This document shows, in pieces, positions 23,378 through 34,403 of a DNA stretch of 64,000 bases. Origin of the DNA: Escherichia coli (GTDB taxonomy: Bacteria; Pseudomonadota; Gammaproteobacteria; Enterobacterales; Enterobacteriaceae); the NCBI RefSeq assembly GCF_048403405.1, contig NZ_CP183129.1. One strand, written 5' to 3'. Both the position numbers and the translations under genes were made by a program. How positions within the stretch are numbered: position 1 is the first letter of the stretch; every line of letters starts with the position of its first letter. The notes beneath the pieces are model-generated. The model was given only the letters and a program-made list of their open reading frames with translations, was not told where the DNA came from and did no database searches.

Positions 23378-23808
23378 ATTCCTTCCTCGACCGGACATTC
23401 TTCATGGCAGCGGCCTAACTCGTCCACCAAACTGGTCAGCCCACGGTGTCCACACTCCAGCGCCTGCACACGGAACTCTTCACCGCTTAACCCTTCGCGC
23501 TCCAGCACCATCTCCAGTAGCAGTTGCAAATTGGTGCCGGTGATCACTTCACAGCCCGGTTTTTGCATCGCCAGCGTTGAAGCTACGCGAAACGGCGTGC
23601 CGCCCAGCAAATCTGTCAGAAAAACAATGCCGTCTTCACAATCCAGTTGGGCGAAGGCCTCTTCAAGCTGCGATGTAAGCAGCGCGGTGCTTGAGGTTTC
23701 CGGAAAATCGATGGCGATAAACTGCGATTGCTCGCCGAGGATTTGCTTCATTGCTTTTTCCATGCCGCTGGCAAATCCGCCATGCCCTGTCAAAATAATA
23801 CTTAACAT
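23374..23808 (-). CDS. agaF: PTS N-acetylgalactosamine-specific IIA component AgaF
   Basis: ORF track 144 aa; mannose-family IIA recognised as AgaF; absent from K-12. Confidence 0.88.
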   Translation of the reverse strand: MLSIILTGHGGFASGMEKAMKQILGEQSQFIAIDFPETSSTALLTSQLEEAFAQLDCEDGIVFLTDLLGGTPFRVASTLAMQKPGCEVITGTNLQLLLEMVLEREGLSGEEFRVQALECGHRGLTSLVDELGRCHEECPVEEGI

Positions 23809-23825
23809 CTAATACCTCATTGTAT

Positions 23826-24710
23826 TTAAAGGAAATGACAGAATTTACCGACGATACCGAGAACCACGGTAACTGCAATCAGGCGCAGCGGACTCCAGCC
23901 GCGGCGTACCAGCCAGAACATGGTCAGGGTGTAGACCAGCGGTAAGAAGGCAGGCATCAGTTTGTCGATAACATCAGCCTGTAACTTAACCACTGCATCG
24001 CCAGCGGTGATTTCCAGCGTGGTGCTTAAACGAACATAGGTTGCTACCAGCGCGCCGATTACCGTCATCCCAACGATTGACGCAGCATGGCCGACTTTTT
24101 TGGTATTCGCTTTAATGAGTGGAATCGCCGCCACGCCCATGCGGTAAGCATAATGCGCCAGACCAAAACGCAGCCCCAGGTGTACCACGTTAAACAGCAC
24201 AATAAAGACGACTGCGCCAAGAATGGAGCCTTGCAATGCCAGACTGGCTCCAATCCCGCCACAAATCGGCAGTAGCGTTAGCCAGAACATTGCATCGCCA
24301 ATCCCGCCAAGCGGCGCACCGACGGCAATTTTGGTGCTCTGAATACTGTTAACGTCCTGCTTAGAACGCTCCATCGCAAGGATAATGCCGATAACAAACG
24401 TCACCAGAAACGGATGGGTATTGAAGAAACCCATATGCCCTTTCATGGCGCGCGCCAGGTCGCGTTTATTAGTGTGGATCTTTTTCAGAGCAGGCAGCAG
24501 ACCGTACAACCAGCCAGAAGCCTGCATACGTTCGTAGTTAAAAGACGCTTGTAACAGCATGGAACGCCAGGCGACGCGGTTGATATCTTTTTTTGTCAGC
24601 TCCGCGCCAATACTCTGATCTTCATACACGTTTTCATTGACGCCTGTCAGCAGTGTTTCTTCGTTTTCACTGACGTTCGGCAGGGTGGTTTGATTAGATG
24701 CCATCTTCAA
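23826..24710 (-). CDS. agaE: PTS N-acetylgalactosamine-specific IID component AgaE
   Basis: ORF track 294 aa; paralogue of AgaD; absent from K-12. Confidence 0.88.
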   Translation of the reverse strand: MKMASNQTTLPNVSENEETLLTGVNENVYEDQSIGAELTKKDINRVAWRSMLLQASFNYERMQASGWLYGLLPALKKIHTNKRDLARAMKGHMGFFNTHPFLVTFVIGIILAMERSKQDVNSIQSTKIAVGAPLGGIGDAMFWLTLLPICGGIGASLALQGSILGAVVFIVLFNVVHLGLRFGLAHYAYRMGVAAIPLIKANTKKVGHAASIVGMTVIGALVATYVRLSTTLEITAGDAVVKLQADVIDKLMPAFLPLVYTLTMFWLVRRGWSPLRLIAVTVVLGIVGKFCHFL

Positions 24711-25473
24711 ATTCCTCTTTCTGTGCCGCAGGTTGAGTCGGTTCAGGAGATTTACGCAGCAGGTCGATCAGCGCCATCGCCAGCGCGGCGGCAGCAATAG
24801 CCAGCACCGGTAACTTGAGCCAGGCTGCGGCAACAAAGCCCAGGATGAAGTAGGGGATGTAGACGTTTTTCATCATGATTTTCAGCAGCACGGCAAAACC
24901 GATTGCTGGCATGATGCCGCCCGCGACGCCGAGGCCGTCGATTAATCGTTGCGGCAGGACATCAATGATGGTTTTGGCATGTTCTGCGCCGAAGTAGATA
25001 GGCAGGAAAGCGCAGAGAAAATAGAAAGTGCCGAGTGCCAGCAGTGCCAGATAGTTCACGCGTTCAATGCCGCGAGTATCGGCGTTCTCTGCCATCCGGT
25101 CACAGCGGGACATTACGCCAGACATCACCGAGAACAGGAAGGTAATCCCCATCTGTACTGCGACAGCGAAAGGTACGGCGACACCGACCGCGACATCGGG
25201 TTTCACGCCGGTAGTAATGGCAAACGCCGTGCCGACGATAGTACCGATAATCACGTTAGGCGGCTGTGCACCCGCCAGCGGGGCCAGCCCCATCCACACC
25301 AGTTCCAGCGTACCGCCGGTTAAAATACCGGTATGCAGATCGCCAAGTACCAGCCCGACCAACGGGCCGAGGACCACCGGGCGGTGCATATGGGTTAGGC
25401 CGTTAAACATATCCAGGCCAGCGATAAAGGCGATAATGCCCAACGCGAATGCCTGCAACAGACTGATTTCCAT
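24694..25473 (-). CDS. agaW: PTS N-acetylgalactosamine-specific IIC component AgaW, full length
   Basis: ORF track 259 aa; paralogue of AgaC; truncated in K-12. Confidence 0.88.
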   Translation of the reverse strand: MEISLLQAFALGIIAFIAGLDMFNGLTHMHRPVVLGPLVGLVLGDLHTGILTGGTLELVWMGLAPLAGAQPPNVIIGTIVGTAFAITTGVKPDVAVGVAVPFAVAVQMGITFLFSVMSGVMSRCDRMAENADTRGIERVNYLALLALGTFYFLCAFLPIYFGAEHAKTIIDVLPQRLIDGLGVAGGIMPAIGFAVLLKIMMKNVYIPYFILGFVAAAWLKLPVLAIAAAALAMALIDLLRKSPEPTQPAAQKEEFEDGI

Positions 25474-25483
25474 GATGAATCCC

Positions 25484-25957
25484 TCAAAGTAATTTAAAGA
25501 GGTCCACAGCAGGCTCTGTCGGGACGCCCTGAACGAAGCATTCCACCCCAGCGGCTTTCAGGTCGTTAAATGCTGCGATATCGCCCGCATCTACAGAAAC
25601 CGTTTTGGCGATTTGTTGCTTGCCATTGGCGTAGTGCATATTGCCAACGTTAATGCGATTCACCGGAACGCCACCTTTCACCAGCGTCAGGAAATCGGCA
25701 GGTGTTTTACAAACCAGCAGGATTTTCTGTCGATCGGCGGCGCGATGAATGTTGTCGATGACTTTTTGCAGCGTCCAGAAACGTACGGCGATCCCTTCTG
25801 CCAGTACCATTTCCATCAGGTTTTGTTGTACCGGATCTTCGGCAACCTCATCGTTGGCTACCAGCACCAGATTTGCCCCCGCAAATCCGACCCACTGAAC
25901 GCCGACCTGACCGTGAATCAAGCGTTCATCAATCCGGCTTAAAACAATATTTGGCAT
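25484..25957 (-). CDS. agaV: PTS N-acetylgalactosamine-specific IIB component AgaV
   Basis: ORF track 25484..25993; internal ATG gives MPNIVLSRIDE... (157 aa). Confidence 0.88.
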   Translation of the reverse strand: MPNIVLSRIDERLIHGQVGVQWVGFAGANLVLVANDEVAEDPVQQNLMEMVLAEGIAVRFWTLQKVIDNIHRAADRQKILLVCKTPADFLTLVKGGVPVNRINVGNMHYANGKQQIAKTVSVDAGDIAAFNDLKAAGVECFVQGVPTEPAVDLFKLL

Positions 25958-25979
25958 AGCGTGTTCCTCTTTGTTTTGC

Positions 25980-27260
25980 TTATTGGCCTTCACAGGCTGT
26001 GTGGTACTGCGCCAGGATGTCCTGAATATGGTTGATAATGAGTTCCCGTGGCGTTGGCTGCAGCTCGCCGGAGCGAACTTTCACGTATTGCAGCGGCAAA
26101 TACTGGCTGATGAGCGGTAGCGGAATTGGTGAATCCGCCAGATTACGAACCAGATGAGCGAAAGCGTCATCAATCTGGCTGTCCGGCCAGTAATAGCGCA
26201 CGCGATCCGAGTAGCTATAACCACGTGCCAGACGACGCGCGTTGCCGTCACCGTGGTAGTGGCTTTGCCAGTATTCCGGGCGGTCGAGCATCACGTTTTC
26301 CAGTACCTGACGCAGACCGGAACAGGCTTTCGCTGGCACCAGTTCTTCTTCAATCGCCGCCAGAGAGAACAGAGCTTCACGCAGGGCGAAGGTCAGCGCC
26401 GGGCCAACTTTCAGAATGGCAAAGTGGTCAATCACCAGCTGGCGCAGCGATTGCGGCGTTTGATAATCGGTAGAGTGCGCTTCGAAAATCAGCGTTTCGT
26501 AGTTTTCGACCATCTGGCTTAAGGCGGTCGCTTTAGCTGGCTGATAATCAATAACGTTGGTGTGATCGAATTCGACGCCGGGTTGTACCACCAGAGCAAT
26601 GATGCGTGGCCAGATGGCACTCAGACCTTGCTTTTCAAAGGCGTGACGATGGGCTTCCAGCGTGGCGCGGGCGGCATCTGGCGTGGTGACCGCCAGCTCG
26701 CTTAAGGTTTCATGCGCGCCGCCAGGTACCGGCACTTCGGTACCAATGACATACTCCAAATCGGCTTCGCCAAAGTGTTCACGACAGGTTTCTTCCGCCA
26801 CTTTCGCCAGACGTGCGGCGCGTTCAGCCACGATGTCATCAGTTAAGGGAATTGGATCGTCCTGACAGGACATGCTGCAATCAAGGTGAATTTTTTTGAA
26901 TCCTGCCGCCACGTAGCTTTTAATCAAATCATCGGCATTGGCCATTGCCTGAGCGGCTGGCAGGTTTTGCCAGCGGTTTGGCCCCAGATGGTCGCCTCCC
27001 AAAATCAACGCATCCTGTGGGAAATTCAACGAGTCGGCGAGCTGACAAACAAAGCCGCGAAAATCGGCGGGCGTCATTCCGGTATAACCGCCGAACTGGT
27101 CCACCTGATTGGAGGTTGCTTCAATCAGTAACGGCGTTTGGTTTGCACTGGCGTAGCGGATTGCAGCTTCCAGCACCAGCGGATGTGCGGAACAAACGGC
27201 ATAAATCCCATTTGTTTTACCCTCTTTGTGCTGTCTCACCATTTCTGTCAGATGTTTCAC
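25980..27260 (-). CDS. kbaZ: tagatose-bisphosphate aldolase non-catalytic subunit KbaZ
   Basis: ORF track 426 aa; recognised as KbaZ (AgaZ). Confidence 0.92.
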   Translation of the reverse strand: MKHLTEMVRQHKEGKTNGIYAVCSAHPLVLEAAIRYASANQTPLLIEATSNQVDQFGGYTGMTPADFRGFVCQLADSLNFPQDALILGGDHLGPNRWQNLPAAQAMANADDLIKSYVAAGFKKIHLDCSMSCQDDPIPLTDDIVAERAARLAKVAEETCREHFGEADLEYVIGTEVPVPGGAHETLSELAVTTPDAARATLEAHRHAFEKQGLSAIWPRIIALVVQPGVEFDHTNVIDYQPAKATALSQMVENYETLIFEAHSTDYQTPQSLRQLVIDHFAILKVGPALTFALREALFSLAAIEEELVPAKACSGLRQVLENVMLDRPEYWQSHYHGDGNARRLARGYSYSDRVRYYWPDSQIDDAFAHLVRNLADSPIPLPLISQYLPLQYVKVRSGELQPTPRELIINHIQDILAQYHTACEGQ

Positions 27261-27508
27261 TTTCCTCTCCAGTTCAGATTACTGCGATATTAATCTTTCG
27301 TTTTGTTTCAGTTGATACTGCGCCATGGTGAGATAAAAATAAAACGAAAGATAATGGTTTTCTGATCTGATTCACAAAAGAAACATAATGAAAGCCACTG
27401 AAACGAGAGTAGCTTGCGCCAATGGGTAAGGTGGGCTTGCATTTGCTTAATAGAAAGGCGTTAATAGGCAAAACGAAATGAAACGAAAGTTTTACGAAAG
27501 GACTTACT
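27261..27508. promoter_or_regulatory. divergent kbaZ/agaR promoter region with several CTTTCGTTT-type AgaR boxes
   Basis: Motifs ctttcgttttgtttc, aaacgaaagataa, aaacgaaatgaaacgaaagttttacgaaagg read directly from the sequence. Confidence 0.5.
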
Positions 27509-28318
27509 ATGAGTAATACCGACGCTTCAGGTGAGAAGCGAATGACAGGCACCAGCGAGCGACGAGAACAGATCATTCAGCGTCTGCGACAGCAAGGGAG
27601 TGTGCAGGTTAACGATCTGTCGGCATTGTATGGCGTATCTACTGTGACGATCCGCAACGATCTGGCGTTTCTGGAAAAGCAGGGGATCGCTGTGCGTGCC
27701 TATGGCGGCGCGTTGATCTGCGATAGCACGACGCCGTCAGTCGAGCCATCAGTGGAAGATAAAAGCGCGCTGAACACCGCAATGAAACGCAGCGTTGCGA
27801 AAGCTGCCGTTGAGTTGATTCAGCCAGGTCATCGGGTAATCCTCGATTCCGGGACCACCACTTTTGAGATTGCTCGTCTGATGCGCAAGCACACTGACGT
27901 AATTGCGATGACCAACGGTATGAACGTGGCTAATGCGTTGCTGGAAGCGGAAGGCGTTGAGCTGCTGATGACCGGCGGGCATTTGCGCCGTCAGTCGCAA
28001 TCTTTTTACGGCGATCAGGCTGAGCAATCGCTGCAAAATTACCACTTCGATATGCTGTTTCTTGGTGTAGATGCGATCGATCTGGAGCGCGGCGTCAGCA
28101 CACATAATGAAGATGAAGCTCGTTTAAACCGCCGGATGTGCGAAGTTGCGGAACGGATCATCGTGGTCACCGATTCCAGTAAGTTCAATCGTTCCAGTTT
28201 ACATAAGATCATTGATACTCAACGTATCGACATGATCATTGTTGATGAAGGCATTCCTGCGGATAGTCTGGAAGGGCTGCGAAAGGCTGGGGTTGAAGTG
28301 ATTCTGGTCGGGGAGTGA
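27509..28318 (+). CDS. agaR: DeoR-family repressor of the aga operons AgaR
   Basis: ORF track 269 aa; N-terminal HTH and DeoR C-terminal domain; recognised as AgaR. Confidence 0.93.
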   Translation: MSNTDASGEKRMTGTSERREQIIQRLRQQGSVQVNDLSALYGVSTVTIRNDLAFLEKQGIAVRAYGGALICDSTTPSVEPSVEDKSALNTAMKRSVAKAAVELIQPGHRVILDSGTTTFEIARLMRKHTDVIAMTNGMNVANALLEAEGVELLMTGGHLRRQSQSFYGDQAEQSLQNYHFDMLFLGVDAIDLERGVSTHNEDEARLNRRMCEVAERIIVVTDSSKFNRSSLHKIIDTQRIDMIIVDEGIPADSLEGLRKAGVEVILVGE

Positions 28319-28372
28319 GAAAGGGTGCCCGCTGGTCAACACGAATGCGTTCGGCGGGCATTGTGAACACCA

Positions 28373-28837
28373 TCAATGGGTTTCTTCTGTCTCTCGGGTG
28401 AGGGTTTCCCAGTCGGCAGGAGGATGTCCTCTTTTTAACATTTTGCTGAATACGGTATAGGCATCTGTTTTTTTACCGTAGGTGCGCAGAGTGTTTTCAT
28501 CGTTCATCCATCCCAGAATGATGACTTTCTCTTTTTCACTATAACGAAAGAAGAGACGATAACGACCAGCACCAAATTTTACCCGTGACCAGTCTTTATT
28601 TTTCCCAGAGCCTAACGACTTGCCATGACGGAATGCCGGTGATGATGGATTGACCGTGATATGCTCCTCAATCACTTTATGGACTACCGCCAATAACTTT
28701 GTGGCGGCTTTTCTCTGATAATTTTCAGGATCTTTTCCCTTTAATGTCTCGACTTCGGCAACTAAAGCGTCGTAGGTTTCCTGAAAACAGGGATGAGCAT
28801 ATAGCGCCCAACCATTAACCCTTTGTGGAAAATCCAT
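28373..28837 (-). CDS. yhaV: type II toxin YhaV (ribosome-dependent mRNA endoribonuclease)
   Basis: ORF track 154 aa; recognised as YhaV; its start overlaps the prlF stop. Confidence 0.92.
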   Translation of the reverse strand: MDFPQRVNGWALYAHPCFQETYDALVAEVETLKGKDPENYQRKAATKLLAVVHKVIEEHITVNPSSPAFRHGKSLGSGKNKDWSRVKFGAGRYRLFFRYSEKEKVIILGWMNDENTLRTYGKKTDAYTVFSKMLKRGHPPADWETLTRETEETH

Positions 28838-29172
28838 TATTCGTCGTCGCCAATCTCATCATCAATGTTGACGTCCATGCCAGCGACAAGTTTCTTTCCT
28901 TGTTGAATGTTGAATGGACGAGTTTTTTGCGGGGTGTTCTGGATATCTGCATCCAGAAAACGCAAAAATGCATTCATAGTATGATCCTCCTGTTCATCTC
29001 CCAGTCGGCACATAAATACTTGCCCACCAGGCAGAATTTCGTAATGAATGCTGTCCTGGCCTGGCTTCAGTTTTAAGGCCTCACGCACTGGCGCGGGGAT
29101 AGTTGTTTGTCCGCGTATCGTGACCTTTGATTCAGTGGTCAGTACAGCGTGAGAGCGAGCATTAGCGGGCAT
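28837..29172 (-). CDS. prlF: antitoxin PrlF (SohA), AbrB/SpoVT-type
   Basis: ORF track 111 aa; acidic C-terminus; recognised as PrlF; paired with yhaV. Confidence 0.92.
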   Translation of the reverse strand: MPANARSHAVLTTESKVTIRGQTTIPAPVREALKLKPGQDSIHYEILPGGQVFMCRLGDEQEDHTMNAFLRFLDADIQNTPQKTRPFNIQQGKKLVAGMDVNIDDEIGDDE

Positions 29173-29228
29173 GATTCACTGTCCTTTTACAGCCTGTTTT
29201 CTGCTCAAATTATAAGCTTGAACTAAGG

Positions 29229-29244
29229 TAATGCAAATGCATTA
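29229..29244. promoter_or_regulatory. palindrome TAATGCA-aa-TGCATTA upstream of prlF, candidate PrlF-YhaV operator
   Basis: Perfect 7-bp inverted repeat with 2-bp spacer about 60 bp upstream of the prlF start; operator role inferred from autoregulation of TA modules. Confidence 0.4.
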
Positions 29245-29269
29245 TTAATGTACGTGGGGGCTTTAAACA

Positions 29270-29297
29270 ATAAAAACATGGCACTAAGGCCATGTTT
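29270..29297 (-). terminator. rho-independent terminator of garD
   Basis: Hairpin AAAACATGGC...GCCATGTTTT followed on the minus strand by a U-run. Confidence 0.55.
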
Positions 29298-29320
29298 TGC
29301 GAGGGACGTTCCAAAAGAAA

Positions 29321-30892
29321 TCAGGTCACCGGTGCCGGGTTAAACACCGCCAGCTGGTTATGCAGTCCCCATTGATCTGAGAAGGTTTTCTTCTTCCCGC
29401 TGGCGACGTCGAGAATAAAGTGGAACAACTTCCAGCCCACCTCTTCAATAGTTTCTTCGCCGGTAGCGATGGTGCCCGCATTAATATCCATTAAATCAAA
29501 CCAGCGGTTCGCCAGCTCGGTGCGGGTCGCCATTTTAATGACGGGTACCGCCATCAGGCCGTACGGCGTACCGCGACCGGTCGTAAACACTTGCACGGTA
29601 ATCCCTGAAGCCACCTGTTGTGTGCCACAGACAAAATCACTGGCTGGCGTCGCGGCGTAAATTAATCCGCGTTTAGTCGGGCGTTGACCGGGCGACAGCA
29701 CTTCAACAATTGCACTTTTACCCGATTTAGCAATGGAGCCGAGCGCTTTCTCCACCACGTTTGCCAGACCGCCTTTCTTGTTGCCCGGCGAAGGGTTGGC
29801 GCTGCGGTCGGTTTTTCCCATATTGAGATAGTTATCGTACCACTCCATCTCCTCCAGCAGCCGTTTGCCGACCTCTTCGTTCACTGCGCGTGGTGTCAGC
29901 AGATGGATCGCGTCACGCACTTCCGTGACTTCTGAAAACATCACCGTTGCGCCGCAGCGCACCAGTAGATCAGACGCATACCCAACCGCCGGGTTTGCCG
30001 TTACGCCAGAAAACGCATCGCTACCGCCGCACTGCATGCCGACAACCAGTTCTGAAGCCGGACAGGTTTCTCGCTGCCGTTGATTCAGTTTGTGCAAATG
30101 GCGTTCGGCGACCTGCAAAATATCCTCGACCATGGACTGAAAACCGACATGCTTTTCATCCTGCAAACTGACAATGCTGGCGCTTTCTACTGGAATAGCT
30201 TGCACATCATCCGTTCCAGTCAGCAGGCGTTCAGGCTGCAACTTTTCACAACCCAGACCAATCACCATTACTTCGCCGCCAAAGTTAGGGTTCAGCGAAA
30301 TATTGTGAATGGTACGAATAGGCACAACTGCCGCCGGTGCGTTAATCGCCACGCCACAACCGTACAAATGATTCAGCCCCACCACGCCATCGACGTTCGG
30401 GTATTTCGGTAGCAGATCGCGTTCAATGATTTTTACTACATAGTCCACCACGCCTGCCACACAGTGGACGCTGGTGGTGATGCCGAGCAGGTTTTTAGTG
30501 CCCACGCTGCCATCGGCATTGCGATAGCCCTCAAAGGTGTATCCTTCCAGTGGCGGTAAGGGTGCCGGGACTTTGGTTGCCAGTGGCAGCGTGTGTAACG
30601 GTGGCGCTTCCGGTAGCACAACCATTGATTCGTCGATCCAGCTTCCGCGTGGGATTGCGCGCACGGCGTAACCAATCACTTCGCCATAACGAATAATTTC
30701 ACCATTAGCCGGAATGTCCAGCAATGCGACTTTATGCCCCTGGGGAATATGTTCAATTAATTCCAGCCCATCCGGAAAACGCGTTCCTGCTTTCAGGCCA
30801 TTATCATTAACAATAATTGCCACATTATCTGTGTCGTGAACTTTTATATAAAACGCAGTTGGCGTTTCTTGTCTGATTTCGATGTTGGCCAT
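29321..30892 (-). CDS. garD: galactarate dehydratase GarD
   Basis: ORF track 523 aa; recognised as GarD. Confidence 0.95.
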   Translation of the reverse strand: MANIEIRQETPTAFYIKVHDTDNVAIIVNDNGLKAGTRFPDGLELIEHIPQGHKVALLDIPANGEIIRYGEVIGYAVRAIPRGSWIDESMVVLPEAPPLHTLPLATKVPAPLPPLEGYTFEGYRNADGSVGTKNLLGITTSVHCVAGVVDYVVKIIERDLLPKYPNVDGVVGLNHLYGCGVAINAPAAVVPIRTIHNISLNPNFGGEVMVIGLGCEKLQPERLLTGTDDVQAIPVESASIVSLQDEKHVGFQSMVEDILQVAERHLHKLNQRQRETCPASELVVGMQCGGSDAFSGVTANPAVGYASDLLVRCGATVMFSEVTEVRDAIHLLTPRAVNEEVGKRLLEEMEWYDNYLNMGKTDRSANPSPGNKKGGLANVVEKALGSIAKSGKSAIVEVLSPGQRPTKRGLIYAATPASDFVCGTQQVASGITVQVFTTGRGTPYGLMAVPVIKMATRTELANRWFDLMDINAGTIATGEETIEEVGWKLFHFILDVASGKKKTFSDQWGLHNQLAVFNPAPVT

Positions 30893-31266
30893 TGTGCAAT
30901 ATTCTCCAGCCAGGGGTTATTAAAATGAGGACCTGGTCTCATTTAAAAATAAATGACTTCATTGGGTGAAATAAGAATGTCAGGAGTTTAAAGGCAGAAA
31001 TGTGATCAATGTCAATCATTTCAGGGATTGCAGTGCCGCGCAGTAAGGTAAAGCGCAAATCTGTGCTTTAGCGCGCAACCTTATGTGCATATGCTCAAAA
31101 TAATATTTAAATAGTATTAATTAAATTAGCATTTGCACAATGATTATTATTCTCGCGCTGCTTATACTAATTCCCGAGTTCATTGCCGTAACGGCATAAA
31201 TAAAACTCATAAATAACACCTTCCCCATAATAATAAAAATCAGCATAAGTACCCGAGGTAAATAAA

Positions 31267-32601
31267 ATGATTCTGGACACCGTTGACGTAAAAAAGAAAG
31301 GCGTGCATACCCGCTATTTAATATTACTGATTATTTTTATTGTTACCGCCGTTAACTACGCCGATCGTGCAACGCTGTCTATTGCTGGTACCGAAGTGGC
31401 AAAAGAGTTGCAGTTAAGTGCGGTTTCGATGGGTTACATCTTCTCGGCTTTTGGCTGGGCCTACTTGCTGATGCAAATCCCCGGCGGCTGGTTGCTTGAT
31501 AAGTTTGGCTCGAAAAAAGTTTACACCTATAGCCTCTTTTTCTGGTCGCTGTTCACCTTCCTGCAAGGCTTTGTTGATATGTTCCCGCTGGCCTGGGCAG
31601 GGATCTCCATGTTCTTTATGCGCTTTATGCTGGGGTTCTCGGAAGCGCCATCATTCCCGGCGAACGCCCGTATTGTCGCCGCCTGGTTCCCGACGAAAGA
31701 ACGTGGTACTGCCTCCGCCATCTTTAACTCGGCGCAATATTTCTCGCTGGCGCTCTTTTCGCCGCTGCTTGGCTGGCTGACTTTCGCCTGGGGCTGGGAG
31801 CACGTCTTTACCGTTATGGGGGTAATTGGTTTTGTGCTGACGGCGCTGTGGATCAAGTTGATTCATAACCCGACAGATCACCCACGTATGTCTGCGGAAG
31901 AGCTGAAGTTTATCTCAGAAAATGGCGCGGTGGTCGATATGGACCACAAAAAGCCGGGCAGTGTGGCAGCAAGCGGTCCCAAACTGCATTACATCAAGCA
32001 ATTGCTCTCTAACCGCATGATGCTGGGCGTATTTTTCGGACAATATTTTATCAACACCATCACCTGGTTCTTCCTCACCTGGTTCCCAATTTATCTGGTG
32101 CAGGAAAAAGGCATGTCGATTCTGAAAGTGGGTCTGGTCGCCTCGATTCCGGCACTGTGTGGCTTTGCGGGCGGCGTGCTGGGAGGTGTCTTCTCGGATT
32201 ATCTGATCAAACGCGGTTTGTCCCTGACCCTGGCACGTAAGCTACCGATTGTGCTGGGAATGTTGCTGGCTTCCACCATCATCTTATGTAACTACACCAA
32301 CAACACCACGCTGGTGGTCATGCTGATGGCGCTGGCTTTCTTTGGCAAAGGATTTGGTGCGCTGGGCTGGCCGGTAATTTCTGACACCGCGCCGAAAGAG
32401 ATTGTTGGCCTCTGCGGCGGCGTCTTTAACGTCTTTGGCAATGTTGCCTCCATTGTCACTCCACTGGTGATTGGCTATCTGGTAAGTGAACTGCACTCCT
32501 TCAATGCAGCACTGGTTTTCGTGGGATGTTCAGCGCTGATGGCGATGGTCTGCTACCTCTTTGTAGTTGGCGACATTAAACGTATGGAATTGCAGAAATA
32601 A
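31267..32601 (+). CDS. garP: galactarate/glucarate MFS transporter GarP
   Basis: ORF track 444 aa; recognised as GarP. Confidence 0.93.
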   Translation: MILDTVDVKKKGVHTRYLILLIIFIVTAVNYADRATLSIAGTEVAKELQLSAVSMGYIFSAFGWAYLLMQIPGGWLLDKFGSKKVYTYSLFFWSLFTFLQGFVDMFPLAWAGISMFFMRFMLGFSEAPSFPANARIVAAWFPTKERGTASAIFNSAQYFSLALFSPLLGWLTFAWGWEHVFTVMGVIGFVLTALWIKLIHNPTDHPRMSAEELKFISENGAVVDMDHKKPGSVAASGPKLHYIKQLLSNRMMLGVFFGQYFINTITWFFLTWFPIYLVQEKGMSILKVGLVASIPALCGFAGGVLGGVFSDYLIKRGLSLTLARKLPIVLGMLLASTIILCNYTNNTTLVVMLMALAFFGKGFGALGWPVISDTAPKEIVGLCGGVFNVFGNVASIVTPLVIGYLVSELHSFNAALVFVGCSALMAMVCYLFVVGDIKRMELQK

Positions 32602-32616
32602 GCAAAGGTATAAGCG

Positions 32617-33387
32617 ATGAATAACGATGTTTTCCCGAATAAATTCAAAGCCGCACTGGCTGCGAAACAGGTACAAATTGGTTGCTGGTCAGCACTCTCT
32701 AACCCGATTAGCACTGAAGTTCTTGGTTTGGCTGGGTTTGACTGGCTGGTGCTGGATGGCGAACATGCGCCAAACGATATCTCCACGTTTATTCCGCAGT
32801 TAATGGCCCTGAAAGGCAGCGCCAGCGCGCCAGTAGTGCGAGTGCCGACCAACGAGCCGGTAATTATTAAGCGTCTTCTGGATATCGGTTTCTATAACTT
32901 CCTGATTCCTTTTGTAGAAACAAAAGAGGAAGCAGAGCAGGCGGTGGCATCAACCCGTTACCCACCGGAAGGCATTCGCGGCGTCTCCGTTTCTCACCGC
33001 GCCAATATGTTTGGCACCGTGGCGGATTATTTCGCTCAGTCGAACAAGAACATCACCATTCTGGTCCAGATAGAAAGTCAGCAGGGCGTAGATAACGTCG
33101 ATGCCATTGCCGCTACCGAAGGTGTAGACGGTATCTTCGTCGGCCCCAGCGATCTGGCTGCGGCATTAGGCCATCTCGGCAATGCCTCGCACCCGGATGT
33201 ACAAAAAGCAATTCAGCATATTTTTAACCGTGCCAGTGCGCACGGCAAACCCAGCGGTATCCTCGCACCGGTCGAAGCCGATGCGCGTCGTTATCTGGAA
33301 TGGGGTGCGACGTTTGTGGCTGTCGGCAGCGATCTCGGCGTCTTCCGCTCTGCCACTCAGAAACTGGCTGATACCTTTAAAAAATAA
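32617..33387 (+). CDS. garL: 5-keto-4-deoxy-D-glucarate aldolase GarL
   Basis: ORF track 256 aa; recognised as GarL. Confidence 0.95.
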
Positions 33388-33407
33388 CCACCACCGCAAC
33401 AAGAGAG

Positions 33408-34307
33408 ATGATTGATATGACTATGAAAGTTGGTTTTATTGGCCTGGGGATTATGGGTAAACCAATGAGTAAAAACCTTCTGAAAGCAGGTTACTCGCTG
33501 GTGGTTGCTGACCGTAACCCAGAAGCTATTGCTGACGTGATTGCTGCAGGTGCAGAAACAGCCTCTACGGCTAAAGCGATCGCTGAACAGTGCGGCGTCA
33601 TCATAACCATGCTACCAAACTCCCCTCATGTGAAAGAGGTGGCGCTGGGTGAGAATGGCATTATTGAAGGCGCGAAGCCTGGTACGGTATTGATCGATAT
33701 GAGTTCTATCGCACCGCTGGCAAGCCGTGAAATCAGCGAAGCGCTGAAAGCGAAAGGCATTGATATGCTGGATGCTCCGGTGAGCGGCGGTGAACCGAAA
33801 GCTATCGACGGTACGCTGTCAGTGATGGTGGGCGGCGACAAGGCTATTTTCGACAAATACTATGATTTGATGAAAGCAATGGCGGGTTCCGTGGTGCATA
33901 CCGGGGAAATTGGTGCAGGTAACGTTACCAAACTGGCGAATCAGGTCATTGTGGCGCTGAATATTGCCGCGATGTCAGAAGCGTTAACGCTGGCAACCAA
34001 AGCGGGCGTTAACCCGGATTTGGTGTATCAGGCAATTCGCGGTGGACTGGCGGGCAGTACCGTGCTGGATGCCAAAGCGCCGATGGTGATGGACCGCAAC
34101 TTCAAGCCGGGCTTCCGTATTGATCTGCATATTAAGGATCTGGCAAATGCGCTGGATACTTCCCACGGCGTCGGCGCGCAACTGCCGCTCACAGCTGCGG
34201 TTATGGAGATGATGCAGGCACTGCGAGCAGATGGTTTAGGAACGGCAGATCATAGCGCCCTGGCGTGCTACTACGAAAAACTGGCGAAAGTCGAAGTTAC
34301 TCGTTAA
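33408..34307 (+). CDS. garR: tartronate semialdehyde reductase GarR
   Basis: ORF track 299 aa; NAD-binding GFIGLGIMG motif; the true start may be one of the internal ATGs 9-15 nt downstream. Confidence 0.93.
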   Translation: MIDMTMKVGFIGLGIMGKPMSKNLLKAGYSLVVADRNPEAIADVIAAGAETASTAKAIAEQCGVIITMLPNSPHVKEVALGENGIIEGAKPGTVLIDMSSIAPLASREISEALKAKGIDMLDAPVSGGEPKAIDGTLSVMVGGDKAIFDKYYDLMKAMAGSVVHTGEIGAGNVTKLANQVIVALNIAAMSEALTLATKAGVNPDLVYQAIRGGLAGSTVLDAKAPMVMDRNFKPGFRIDLHIKDLANALDTSHGVGAQLPLTAAVMEMMQALRADGLGTADHSALACYYEKLAKVEVTR

Positions 34308-34403
34308 TGACGTCGTGCCCGGATGGCGTATTGCAATCCGGGCCTGGAATCCAGGCCGAATAAGAGAAACGCCCTCCGGCGTCATGTGGTAACAGGCATA
34401 GGT

